A stretch of DNA of 64,000 bases from a virus (lineage: Duplodnaviria; Caudoviricetes). The translations under genes and the position numbers were made by a program. The notes below the pieces were generated by a model, which was not told the DNA's origin, searched no databases, and was given only the letters and a program-made list of their open reading frames with translations. Of the stretch, positions 49,718 to 57,312 are shown piece by piece; the stretch's first letter is position 1, and each line of letters opens with the position of its first letter. The stretch is from IMG/VR virus record IMGVR_UViG_3300033066_001827, positions 2,469 to 66,468 of that record; one strand, 5' to 3'.

Positions 49718-50369
49718 TGGCTGGTTTACGGAAGCAGAGCTACAGGTTGTCGTTAATCAGACCTGCCAGTTCGTTGTTCATCTCTCCGCCCCGCAGTGCC
49801 CCAAGCAAGCTCTTGCGATTTACACTATCCTCAAGCCGTTGACGGTGCACGACACCAAACTCCCCTGTCCAGACCTGGCGAGACAACTTGCCTATCAGAT
49901 TGTGCAGCGCAAGTCTATTGTTCGGGATGGCGGCCTAGTCAGCCCTTGGGTAGGGTCCTTGAACCACGAGTGGACTATTCAACAGGTCCTGTCCACTGAA
50001 GTCGTCGATTCAACGTTGCCTCTGGCTGTGCAGATCTACAAGGTTAAAACACTGGTTTTGACTGGCACAGCTGCTGGCTGCGTTGTTGAGAAACAGTTTG
50101 CCAAGCGTGTGTTGGTCTTTCTGTCGCCTAAGTTGGGTTTCGGTAAACGACCTAACGAACGTCACGGCGATCGCATGCCACCCAAGCATCCGAGGCTGTT
50201 GGATGCTGCAGATATCATCGGTCTGGTCTGGTACGCCATGCTCCAGCCAGGTAACGAATATCCTCCCAGGTACTTTGAGTTACGGTGCACGCCGTCTATG
50301 ATTAAACACAACCGTGAGATCATCAAGGACCGAAGGAGTAAGTCGAATGGACCTGCGACCAGGTGGTAG
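49581..50369 (+). CDS. Hypothetical protein (start uncertain)
   Basis: 3' part of ORF 49290-50369 fills the gap between neighbours. Confidence 0.5.
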   Translation: MKTHYRSQKPVKLPLPILSLQLVRENQISAERLLSLWLAERKTRPDGWFTEAELQVVVNQTCQFVVHLSAPQCPKQALAIYTILKPLTVHDTKLPCPDLARQLAYQIVQRKSIVRDGGLVSPWVGSLNHEWTIQQVLSTEVVDSTLPLAVQIYKVKTLVLTGTAAGCVVEKQFAKRVLVFLSPKLGFGKRPNERHGDRMPPKHPRLLDAADIIGLVWYAMLQPGNEYPPRYFELRCTPSMIKHNREIIKDRRSKSNGPATRW

Positions 50370-50868
50370 TGGGCACTGGTATAACCCTGAAAGGGATATC
50401 GCTGCATTGGTGCCTAAGATATTCCGGCATGCCTGTGGATTTCTGACAACCGAATATGCAGCTGGCAACAACGCCTTCAACGAAGTTATTTCCAGTTACA
50501 GCCTGTCCACCCAAGACTTCGAGAGAGCCGCCGAGTCGCTTGCTCGTTTCATACTTATCGCTTCCGAGGCCACCTATTCGGGTGGCCCTATCCAAGCTGT
50601 GCAAGATTCTGGCATTTCCACCCTTCCCCAGAGAGTACAGCTTGTTGTGTTCGCGTTGATCAGCCAGGGCCTGTTAGCCACCTATTGGCAGGTCTTGCGG
50701 GGCTCTGCTTTACCTGAGCTGGTCTCTCCCCAATTCTCCAAAGAAGGTTTGGTTGATCAGGCCGCAATGCTTCAGCGGTTCTTCAGTAAAACCAACCTGA
50801 TGAGCAAGGAGAATCTTCAGAAGGAAATTGAACGATGCGCAAATCTGCCGGCGCAAAAACCTTTGTAG
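50347..50868 (+). CDS. Hypothetical protein
   Basis: AAGGAG RBS before ATG 50347. Confidence 0.55.
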   Translation: MDLRPGGSGHWYNPERDIAALVPKIFRHACGFLTTEYAAGNNAFNEVISSYSLSTQDFERAAESLARFILIASEATYSGGPIQAVQDSGISTLPQRVQLVVFALISQGLLATYWQVLRGSALPELVSPQFSKEGLVDQAAMLQRFFSKTNLMSKENLQKEIERCANLPAQKPL

Positions 50869-51662
50869 CCCCTACGCCGGGGCTACCCGTTGAGGATATC
50901 ATCCGTCGCTGCTCTATGCTCAAGAATCGGTTTTTCCCCAAAGAGCAGCCGACGGCTATTGTCATTATCGACATCGAAACCACCGGGCTCAAAGCAGAAG
51001 ACAACTGGCCGATCGAGCTAGCTGCTTTGTTCGTTTCTGGCTGCAATGGTCAGTACGATGTTGTCCAGGCATTCCACTCCTACCTGGACTGGACAGGGTC
51101 GAAATTAGCTGACCCTCACCAGTTCAGCAAACAGCTGGATCAGACCAACGCTGCCATGTTGGAACGTGATCCTACGCTTCGTCGCTTCAACACCGTGGAG
51201 CTAGAAGCCCTGGGCAAACACCCTGCAGAAGTGCTGGCTGGCTTTGCTGAGTTGGTCAATGCGTTCTACGCCAAGAACTCACCGACTTTCATGCCTACTG
51301 TGTGTGGGCATAACGCCCTTTTCTTTGATGCCAATTTCCTGCACCACACCTACAGCAGGTTGGGCATGCAGTCGCCTATCATTGGCAACATCATCGACAC
51401 TGGCTTGATTGTCAAAGCAGCTCAACTGACAGACCCTCGCACGGAAGTCAACTTTAACACCTCTTTGACAGAGTGGTTGGCCACGGTTCGCAGCATCCGT
51501 GCTCGCGTCAAGTGGTCTCTCCACGAGTTCTGTTACAACAACTTTGCCCTGCACCGGTTTATTCCAGACTTCGTGTTTGAGAGTAAACACACAGCTCTGA
51601 CTGACTGTTGGACTGTCTACAGCATGCTTAAGTTGTTTGATCTTAGTCAGGAGGGACGATGA
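50835..51662 (+). CDS. DEDDh 3'-5' exonuclease (DnaQ-like)
   Basis: IDIETTG, GHNALFFD, HTALTD. Confidence 0.9.
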   Translation: MRKSAGAKTFVAPTPGLPVEDIIRRCSMLKNRFFPKEQPTAIVIIDIETTGLKAEDNWPIELAALFVSGCNGQYDVVQAFHSYLDWTGSKLADPHQFSKQLDQTNAAMLERDPTLRRFNTVELEALGKHPAEVLAGFAELVNAFYAKNSPTFMPTVCGHNALFFDANFLHHTYSRLGMQSPIIGNIIDTGLIVKAAQLTDPRTEVNFNTSLTEWLATVRSIRARVKWSLHEFCYNNFALHRFIPDFVFESKHTALTDCWTVYSMLKLFDLSQEGR

Positions 51663-52330
51663 CAACCTGGGTTCTTGGAATTGATCCTGGCACCAGCGGA
51701 GCATTTGCTTTGTTGAATCCAGCGGGGGCTATTATCCGATTGGAGAAAGTGCCCTTGTTGAATGAGATTAAAGACACGGTAGACAAGAAGACCGGCAAAG
51801 CAAAACAGAGAAAACGATCACGGCTTAATCTGTTTGAGCTCAAGAGAGAGCTGCAGTCAATTATCACTCTGGTATCTGCCCACAATCAGCGTCTTGTGGT
51901 CTACCTCGAACAGGTTGGTGCCAATCCTACAGATGGTGCTATCAGTGCTTTTGCTTTTGGTAGGGGTTTTGGACATTGGGAAGGACTACTCACAGCTCTT
52001 GATCTCCCGATCATGTTGGCACATCCCACAGCCTGGAAGGCTGTGATGGTCCCTCTTAAGATCAAATCACCCAAACTGAGCAAGGATGCCAGTAAGACCG
52101 AGAAAGGCCGAGCCCGACGAGCCAGAGGCAAAGTGAAAAAAGATGCAGCCAAGAACCGGGCTATGCAGCTGTTTCCTGCAAACTCCCTAAAGTTTGCAGG
52201 CAAGGAAGACGACGGCCCAGCGGAGGCAGCGCTTCTGGCTGAGTATGGTCGTCGCATTGAAAACATGCAGAAGGTGGAGAAGTCTCCTAAGGTAGAAGTT
52301 GACCTAACTCCTCCACCTCCGCCTGTGTAA
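51659..52330 (+). CDS. ruvC: RuvC-like Holliday junction resolvase
   Basis: LGIDPGTSGA, YLEQV, AFAFGRGFG, DDGPAEAALLA. Confidence 0.88.
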   Translation: MTTWVLGIDPGTSGAFALLNPAGAIIRLEKVPLLNEIKDTVDKKTGKAKQRKRSRLNLFELKRELQSIITLVSAHNQRLVVYLEQVGANPTDGAISAFAFGRGFGHWEGLLTALDLPIMLAHPTAWKAVMVPLKIKSPKLSKDASKTEKGRARRARGKVKKDAAKNRAMQLFPANSLKFAGKEDDGPAEAALLAEYGRRIENMQKVEKSPKVEVDLTPPPPPV

Positions 52331-52345
52331 CTTTGGGAAAGCAGC

Positions 52346-53050
52346 ATGGAAATCTCTCAAGTCAATCCTGCATTTGGTGTGGTTCAACCCCGCACTGAGG
52401 ATCAGGTCAAGCCTCAGCGAGAGGTGGGGCCGGACCAGACTTATAAAGGTTTCCTCACACTCAATCAGCCTGGCATCACTGACCCCACACAGGTGCCAGG
52501 CGATTTCATTGTCAGGCCTGCTTTCCCTTCGCAGAGGCCACGGTCACCAGCCGATCTGGCCTCCATGACGCAGGATTATTTCCTGTTTACTCATGCCCCC
52601 TGGCTGACCTGGGGAGGAATGACCGTCGATCCTCTCTTGGAGTTTCATATTCGGGATGGGGAATCCCGCAAATGCGTCAGCATCGTCCCCTTAACCCGGA
52701 AACTGTTCTACGGAGTGGCAAGGCGTGCAGAAGAGATCATGACGGAGAGATCTATTTTCGCCATTCCACGTGATCGGATGAGAGACTTGTTGTGGTGGAT
52801 GAGCGGTGTTGCTGTAACCAGCAACGGTAAGCTGCAGTGGCGAGCATCCCTGCAGTATCTGCCGCTCGATGTGAAGCAGGTTGGTCAGCTCCAGGAGGGA
52901 GATCCTCGCCTGATCGGCCTGTTCGGCTGTGCGTACCCTACTCAGCATCTGCTTTGGTATTGCCGAGAGGATTTCGGTTACGGACTGGGTATGCGGAAGG
53001 TGCCGGCGCTGCCGCCACTGGAGGAAAAGCCGAAGCTTATCATGCCCTGA
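52346..53050 (+). CDS. Hypothetical protein
   Basis: 234-aa ORF. Confidence 0.6.
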   Translation: MEISQVNPAFGVVQPRTEDQVKPQREVGPDQTYKGFLTLNQPGITDPTQVPGDFIVRPAFPSQRPRSPADLASMTQDYFLFTHAPWLTWGGMTVDPLLEFHIRDGESRKCVSIVPLTRKLFYGVARRAEEIMTERSIFAIPRDRMRDLLWWMSGVAVTSNGKLQWRASLQYLPLDVKQVGQLQEGDPRLIGLFGCAYPTQHLLWYCREDFGYGLGMRKVPALPPLEEKPKLIMP

Positions 53051-53097
53051 AAGACTGCTTAATTCAGGCCCTGATGTGCGTCACAATATCTTGAGAA

Positions 53098-53150
53098 GGG
53101 ATAATTATCCCAACATCAGCCCAGGCTACTTCGGCCTGGGCTTGTTTCGT
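53098..53150 (+). terminator. 14-bp palindrome followed by a terminator-like hairpin
   Basis: GGGATAATTATCCC (53098-53111); AGCCCAGGC/GCCTGGGCT stem plus TGTTT. Confidence 0.6.
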
Positions 53151-53175
53151 TCACAGTATTCGAAGGGGAAATCGA

Positions 53176-53391
53176 ATGTCTGCTAACGCTCGCAGTGCTC
53201 TCGTGGACCATCTTGTCAATGTCCGGATGAAGAAGGAGTATCAGTCCACATTCCCTCCCGCCGGCAGCGAGTTTGCCGAAGAGGTCGCAGGTATGCTGCT
53301 GCGACTGCACCGGAGTGAAGCTGAGCAGAATGTCATGCAAGCCCTGAACGAGCCCGCTCCCGGGTTGCGAAGCCGAATCCGGCACACCTAA
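53176..53391 (+). CDS. Hypothetical protein
   Basis: 71 aa, AAGGGG RBS. Confidence 0.55.
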   Translation: MSANARSALVDHLVNVRMKKEYQSTFPPAGSEFAEEVAGMLLRLHRSEAEQNVMQALNEPAPGLRSRIRHT

Positions 53392-53394
53392 TCC

Positions 53395-53640
53395 AAAGCC
53401 AAGGTCCTGCTTGGGCCTCAAGTCCTGACCGACGGGTTGGGACAAAGTGCTAACCTGTGGGTGGCGGGCATCATAAACCCAAACTACAGGATGTCTGTCG
53501 AACCTAACTCCATGGTTTAGGCAGGTCGCTCTGCGTGACGCCTCCGTGCTCGTAACACGGGGGGTGTCAGCTAACGCAGAGCGTTATGGGGTCGTCAAGG
53601 TTGACCTCGTGCTGGGTTCGATTCCCGGCGACCCTTTTAC
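53395..53640 (+). ncRNA. Candidate structured RNA ending in a tRNA-like acceptor/T-arm module
   Basis: T-arm CTGGG-TTCGATT-CCCGG; acceptor GGGGTCG/CGACCCT; upstream long hairpin capped by CTCGTAA; further hairpins in 53395-53520. Confidence 0.5.
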
Positions 53641-53659
53641 CCTCACTCAGGAGAAGATC

Positions 53660-53968
53660 ATGGCTCTGAAAGTTACGGTTGTTTTTATCCATCTCAAACA
53701 CCCGTTGATTGAGTTGGTGCGCTCAACCATACCCTGGCTGACTGACGGTGCTAGGGCGATCGGGTTTAATCTTGATAAGCCCGAAGACGCCGAGTATCTG
53801 GATAATTTGGCCGAGCAATTGACCGATTACCATAACGCCTTTACCGGCAAACCAGTTCGTAATTGCCTTGTGTTGAAAGCAGATGAGCAGGGCAACACAA
53901 TCAACATCCCCTTCAGTAACATCGCAGCCTTTGTCATCGGCAGAGAAGGCGAACCCAAACAGGAGTAG
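53660..53968 (+). CDS. Hypothetical protein
   Basis: AGGAG RBS before ATG 53660. Confidence 0.6.
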   Translation: MALKVTVVFIHLKHPLIELVRSTIPWLTDGARAIGFNLDKPEDAEYLDNLAEQLTDYHNAFTGKPVRNCLVLKADEQGNTINIPFSNIAAFVIGREGEPKQE

Positions 53969-53972
53969 TCCA

Positions 53973-54155
53973 GTGCTGCTTTTCGTTCTTGTTGGTATTG
54001 GGTTATTCATCTACTGGCACAGACCGAGCATTGATTTGATCGGTTGGCTCCACGAAGACATTGGCAGGTACTTCGTGGTATGCTTCCTTAGTTCCTCGAA
54101 CTCTAACCGGAGATTCCCATGTACGCAGTCCTTTTCGCTGTCGCCGCTCTTCTGA
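53973..54155 (+). CDS. Small membrane protein
   Basis: AGGAG RBS, GTG start, hydrophobic N-terminal helix. Confidence 0.4.
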   Translation: MLLFVLVGIGLFIYWHRPSIDLIGWLHEDIGRYFVVCFLSSSNSNRRFPCTQSFSLSPLF

Positions 54156-54355
54156 TCGGCTTCAAATTCTTTGCCTCGGTGTTCTCAGCCATCCTGAACA
54201 ACACCTTTGTGATTGTGGTTGTGCTCGTCGTGGTCGGCTTGTGTATCTACAAGAACGACCCCGAAGGCCAACGCAAGCAAGCCCAGGAACTTCGCCAACA
54301 AGTGGAGAAGGCCCTGGAGAAATACGACACTCGCAAGAGTGACTGGAGTTGGTAA
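54119..54355 (+). CDS. Small membrane protein (two hydrophobic helices)
   Basis: MYAVLFAVAALLIGF...FVIVVVLVVVGLCIY followed by a charged tail. Confidence 0.6.
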   Translation: MYAVLFAVAALLIGFKFFASVFSAILNNTFVIVVVLVVVGLCIYKNDPEGQRKQAQELRQQVEKALEKYDTRKSDWSW

Positions 54356-54356
54356 T

Positions 54357-54545
54357 ATGGCGTCCAATAAACGCCTGGCATGTTGGTCGAAAGACCGCAT
54401 TAGGAAAACCATTAGCGACACGACCAAGTGGATGCTTGCCTTCCACCTGCAGGTTCTGTCCGTCAAAATGCTTGCCCGTAGTGTCGAACTCAATCGGCAC
54501 GTGGAACAACTCAAGCAGCACCAGAAGGTTCTGCAAAGCTGGTAA
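54357..54545 (+). CDS. Hypothetical protein
   Basis: 62 aa ending just before a terminator. Confidence 0.4.
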   Translation: MASNKRLACWSKDRIRKTISDTTKWMLAFHLQVLSVKMLARSVELNRHVEQLKQHQKVLQSW

Positions 54546-54563
54546 ACCAGCGCAGTCCCTCAC

Positions 54564-54588
54564 AAAAGACCGATGTTCGGTCTTTTTT
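54564..54588 (+). terminator. Rho-independent terminator
   Basis: AAAAGACCGA-TGT-TCGGTCTTTTTT. Confidence 0.75.
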
Positions 54589-54625
54589 CGTTTCTATGTC
54601 TCAGTCCTTTTTCAAGGAGTCGCAC

Positions 54626-55102
54626 ATGTTCGCATTGCTTTCGCTCGTGCTCACCACCATCGGCGGTCAGTCTCTGTACTGTCAGGCAGCTATGGCCGCT
54701 CCCCGTGAACCACTGCCGATCATCCTGGCTGCCAGCGACGCCAAGTCCGCTGCCAAGGCTGAACGCTCTGCCGCCTGGCTGGCTCACATGCAGGCCACTG
54801 CCAAGTCCCACCAGGACAAGGTCGCCAGCGTCTGGTTCCGCAGCTGGCGGATGACTGCTGTCGCCAATCAGTACCTGGCTACAGCAGAGACGTTCGAAGA
54901 AATGGCTACTGAGATCGGCTACGAGGATCTGACTGATTGTCAGAACAAAGCCTCCCGGATTGCCGGTAACTATCGAGCGATCTCTGAAATGATGTTGCTG
55001 GGCGGTTCTGAAACAGTCAATGACGGCACTGGTCATTACACGGTCAAGATCGCCGAATTGATTGAACGGAATGCCAAGCTGATGCAGACACCTGCTAAGT
55101 AG
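54626..55102 (+). CDS. Putative exported helical protein
   Basis: AAGGAG RBS; N-terminal hydrophobic segment MFALLSLVLTTIGG. Confidence 0.6.
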   Translation: MFALLSLVLTTIGGQSLYCQAAMAAPREPLPIILAASDAKSAAKAERSAAWLAHMQATAKSHQDKVASVWFRSWRMTAVANQYLATAETFEEMATEIGYEDLTDCQNKASRIAGNYRAISEMMLLGGSETVNDGTGHYTVKIAELIERNAKLMQTPAK

Positions 55103-55126
55103 TTTCTGCTAGCTAAAGAAAAGACC

Positions 55127-55153
55127 AAGGCCCTGGGGAATCCCCAGGGCCTT
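55127..55153. promoter_or_regulatory. 13-bp inverted repeat (operator or hairpin)
   Basis: AAGGCCCTGGGGA-A-TCCCCAGGGCCTT in an intergenic gap, no U-tail. Confidence 0.5.
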
Positions 55154-55270
55154 CGCATATCGGCTTGCGCGCAGCTGCTTAATATCCCGGGGAAGTTCCG
55201 GGACGCGGTACTCCCCGCGGCCAACGTGAGCATCAGTCTTCCAACAGACACTTAATCTAGGAAACCCACG

Positions 55271-56371
55271 ATGAACGCTACTATCAACACCTCCGCTTCT
55301 TCCACTCGTGATCTGGTTGACATCACTCGCCCAGTAACTCACGAACAAATCCAGGCCAGTTTCCAGGCCTTCCGCGAACAGTGCCCACCTTCACGCCGTG
55401 CCAAGTATCTGGCTGCTGAATGGGTCCAGCTCAGCGGGCTGCCTTATGAACTGGAAAACGCCAAGCCTGTCAGCTCCTACGAGGAATTGCCTGCCAAGGT
55501 CATTCCCGCAGATGCTGTGCAGATTGTGCGCGTGGAAGAAGTGGATGGCTCCATCTTCGTCGATCACGGCAGTTCCGAAGAAGGCGTAACCCTGCACTAC
55601 GGAATGAGCCAGCTGATTGGCGGCGACGCCGACTTCTGCTTCCATTCCCGGCTGCGGACTGGCAATTCCCCCTGTTCCTTCGGCCTCCAGACCAAGGCTC
55701 GTGGCTTTGACAAGGAGGCGGAACTGATCCGTTGGGCCTTGGCTCAGCGTGCTCGCCGGCCGATCGAGTTCCATGAAACGATCTTCCTGGAGGACACTAA
55801 GAATGGTTCTTTCGAGGCCATTCTTGACGGCACTCCCCACTCAGTCCGTTTCTGGCTGACGGGTGAGTCCAATCAGCGTTGGGGTAGCAATACTCCCAAC
55901 ATGGATGCCGACCCCATGGAGACCTGTTTCTCGAACGTGGCCAACCGGCTGGCGATTGATCCTCGGATTGATTTTGCCAATCTCCGCAAAGGTGATATCG
56001 CCAAGCTGAACGAGCTGATCGCTAACTACCTGGGCTTGCTCCAGGTCAGCTATACTTCAGCCGAGGCCGCTGCCATCATGGACGCTGCCTGTGCTGTGGG
56101 CCAGTCTCGCCATGTCGTCCTTCCTGATGTGCAGCTCTTCCAGGAGTTTGCTCAGACGAAGGGTACGATTCGCGTGGCCATCCCTCGTATGGGCACCTGG
56201 TTCAAGAGCCAGTATCGCGAAGATCGGGTTTACTCAGCGTATGCACCTGTCGTGGTGGTGCACCCATCCAACTACTCCAAGGAGCTTAAGGCTCCTAAAG
56301 TACAGCAGCCGACTACAATCGGCTCGCTTGACTTCCTCTCTGAGGAAGACAATTCCGCAGGTAACGCCTAA
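55271..56371 (+). CDS. Hypothetical protein
   Basis: 366-aa ORF closed by a strong terminator. Confidence 0.65.
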   Translation: MNATINTSASSTRDLVDITRPVTHEQIQASFQAFREQCPPSRRAKYLAAEWVQLSGLPYELENAKPVSSYEELPAKVIPADAVQIVRVEEVDGSIFVDHGSSEEGVTLHYGMSQLIGGDADFCFHSRLRTGNSPCSFGLQTKARGFDKEAELIRWALAQRARRPIEFHETIFLEDTKNGSFEAILDGTPHSVRFWLTGESNQRWGSNTPNMDADPMETCFSNVANRLAIDPRIDFANLRKGDIAKLNELIANYLGLLQVSYTSAEAAAIMDAACAVGQSRHVVLPDVQLFQEFAQTKGTIRVAIPRMGTWFKSQYREDRVYSAYAPVVVVHPSNYSKELKAPKVQQPTTIGSLDFLSEEDNSAGNA

Positions 56372-56400
56372 TTCCCCAGTTACCTAAGGATTCAAAGCAT

Positions 56401-56439
56401 CAGGGGGAGCCTTCGGGCTCCCCCTGGTGTTTCTTTTTT
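56401..56439 (+). terminator. Rho-independent terminator
   Basis: CAGGGGGAGCC-TTCG-GGCTCCCCCTG followed by a T-rich tail. Confidence 0.9.
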
Positions 56440-56498
56440 AGCTCCCTCGGCCTCCGTACATTAAGGTTGGAGGGTCCATCAACCTCTAAGGAGATTCC

Positions 56499-56741
56499 AT
56501 GCAGATTCAAATACTTTCAGGAGCTCTCCCTCCCAGGCTTCGCATTACCCGGCGTACGTTCGCTTATCTGGAAGATACCGCTACCGGCAAGATTATCCCT
56601 GCCATTCTTCGCACGGAAACAGGTAAAGCCCCTTCGGATGACGAGATCTATGGCCATCTTCGCCAGTTAGGCTATCGCCCGCATTCTGAGGGTTTTGAAC
56701 TAGACCCCAACAACCCTTCGGTTGTACCATCCATCAACTGA
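56499..56741 (+). CDS. Hypothetical protein
   Basis: 80 aa, AAGGAG RBS. Confidence 0.6.
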   Translation: MQIQILSGALPPRLRITRRTFAYLEDTATGKIIPAILRTETGKAPSDDEIYGHLRQLGYRPHSEGFELDPNNPSVVPSIN

Positions 56742-56764
56742 GATTCTCCAGGGACACGACTTCC

Positions 56765-57253
56765 ATGCCTCTTGCCAGCAAAGCCCAATTCCGCAAGTTC
56801 AAGGTTCTGGAGCGCGAAGGCAAGGTTGCCCCAGGTACTGCCTCCGAATGGTACCATCACACCGACAACTTCGATTCCCTGCCCGAGCACAAGAAGGCGA
56901 TCGAATCACTTCATCAGCTTGCCAAGGAAGGTAATACCACAGCTCAGGCTGTTATTGCCACACTCAAGCAATCCGCCTCTGTGGGACGCAACGAGGGCTT
57001 CGGAGCCACGAACTCCATGGTAACAGCCGGTTCAAGCCTGATGAACCCTGCGAACCTCTCCAAGCCTCCAGAACCGATCCCAGGTCAGCCTGGTCAACCT
57101 CCAGTTCCCCTGGCGAAGAGACCGCCTCAGCTCGCTCCTGGTTTCGGCTCGATGGCGGGGCAGGCCATGCAGCAATTCAAGCCCGCTCCACCTGTCACCG
57201 GTGGGCCTCCCGTGACTGCCGGCAATCTCTCATCCCCGATAAAGATGCATTAA
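56765..57253 (+). CDS. Putative virion protein with an MP.xSKAQ.R-type N-terminal motif and Pro/Gly tail
   Basis: MPLASKAQFRKF...EW...T...LPE pattern that I recall from phage proteins (unverified). Confidence 0.55.
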   Translation: MPLASKAQFRKFKVLEREGKVAPGTASEWYHHTDNFDSLPEHKKAIESLHQLAKEGNTTAQAVIATLKQSASVGRNEGFGATNSMVTAGSSLMNPANLSKPPEPIPGQPGQPPVPLAKRPPQLAPGFGSMAGQAMQQFKPAPPVTGGPPVTAGNLSSPIKMH

Positions 57254-57312
57254 CGAACTTTTACGCCCCAGCAGTAAGTTCGTTCTGGCCTTAGAGTTAA
57301 GGTGTCTCAACA

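Noticed and set aside
53520-53640. Canonical tRNA, tmRNA or YrlA Y RNA
   Set aside because: No D-arm with correct spacing, no G3:U70 pair or CCA, no tag frame evident, and the arm order does not match YrlA; kept only as a tRNA-like candidate
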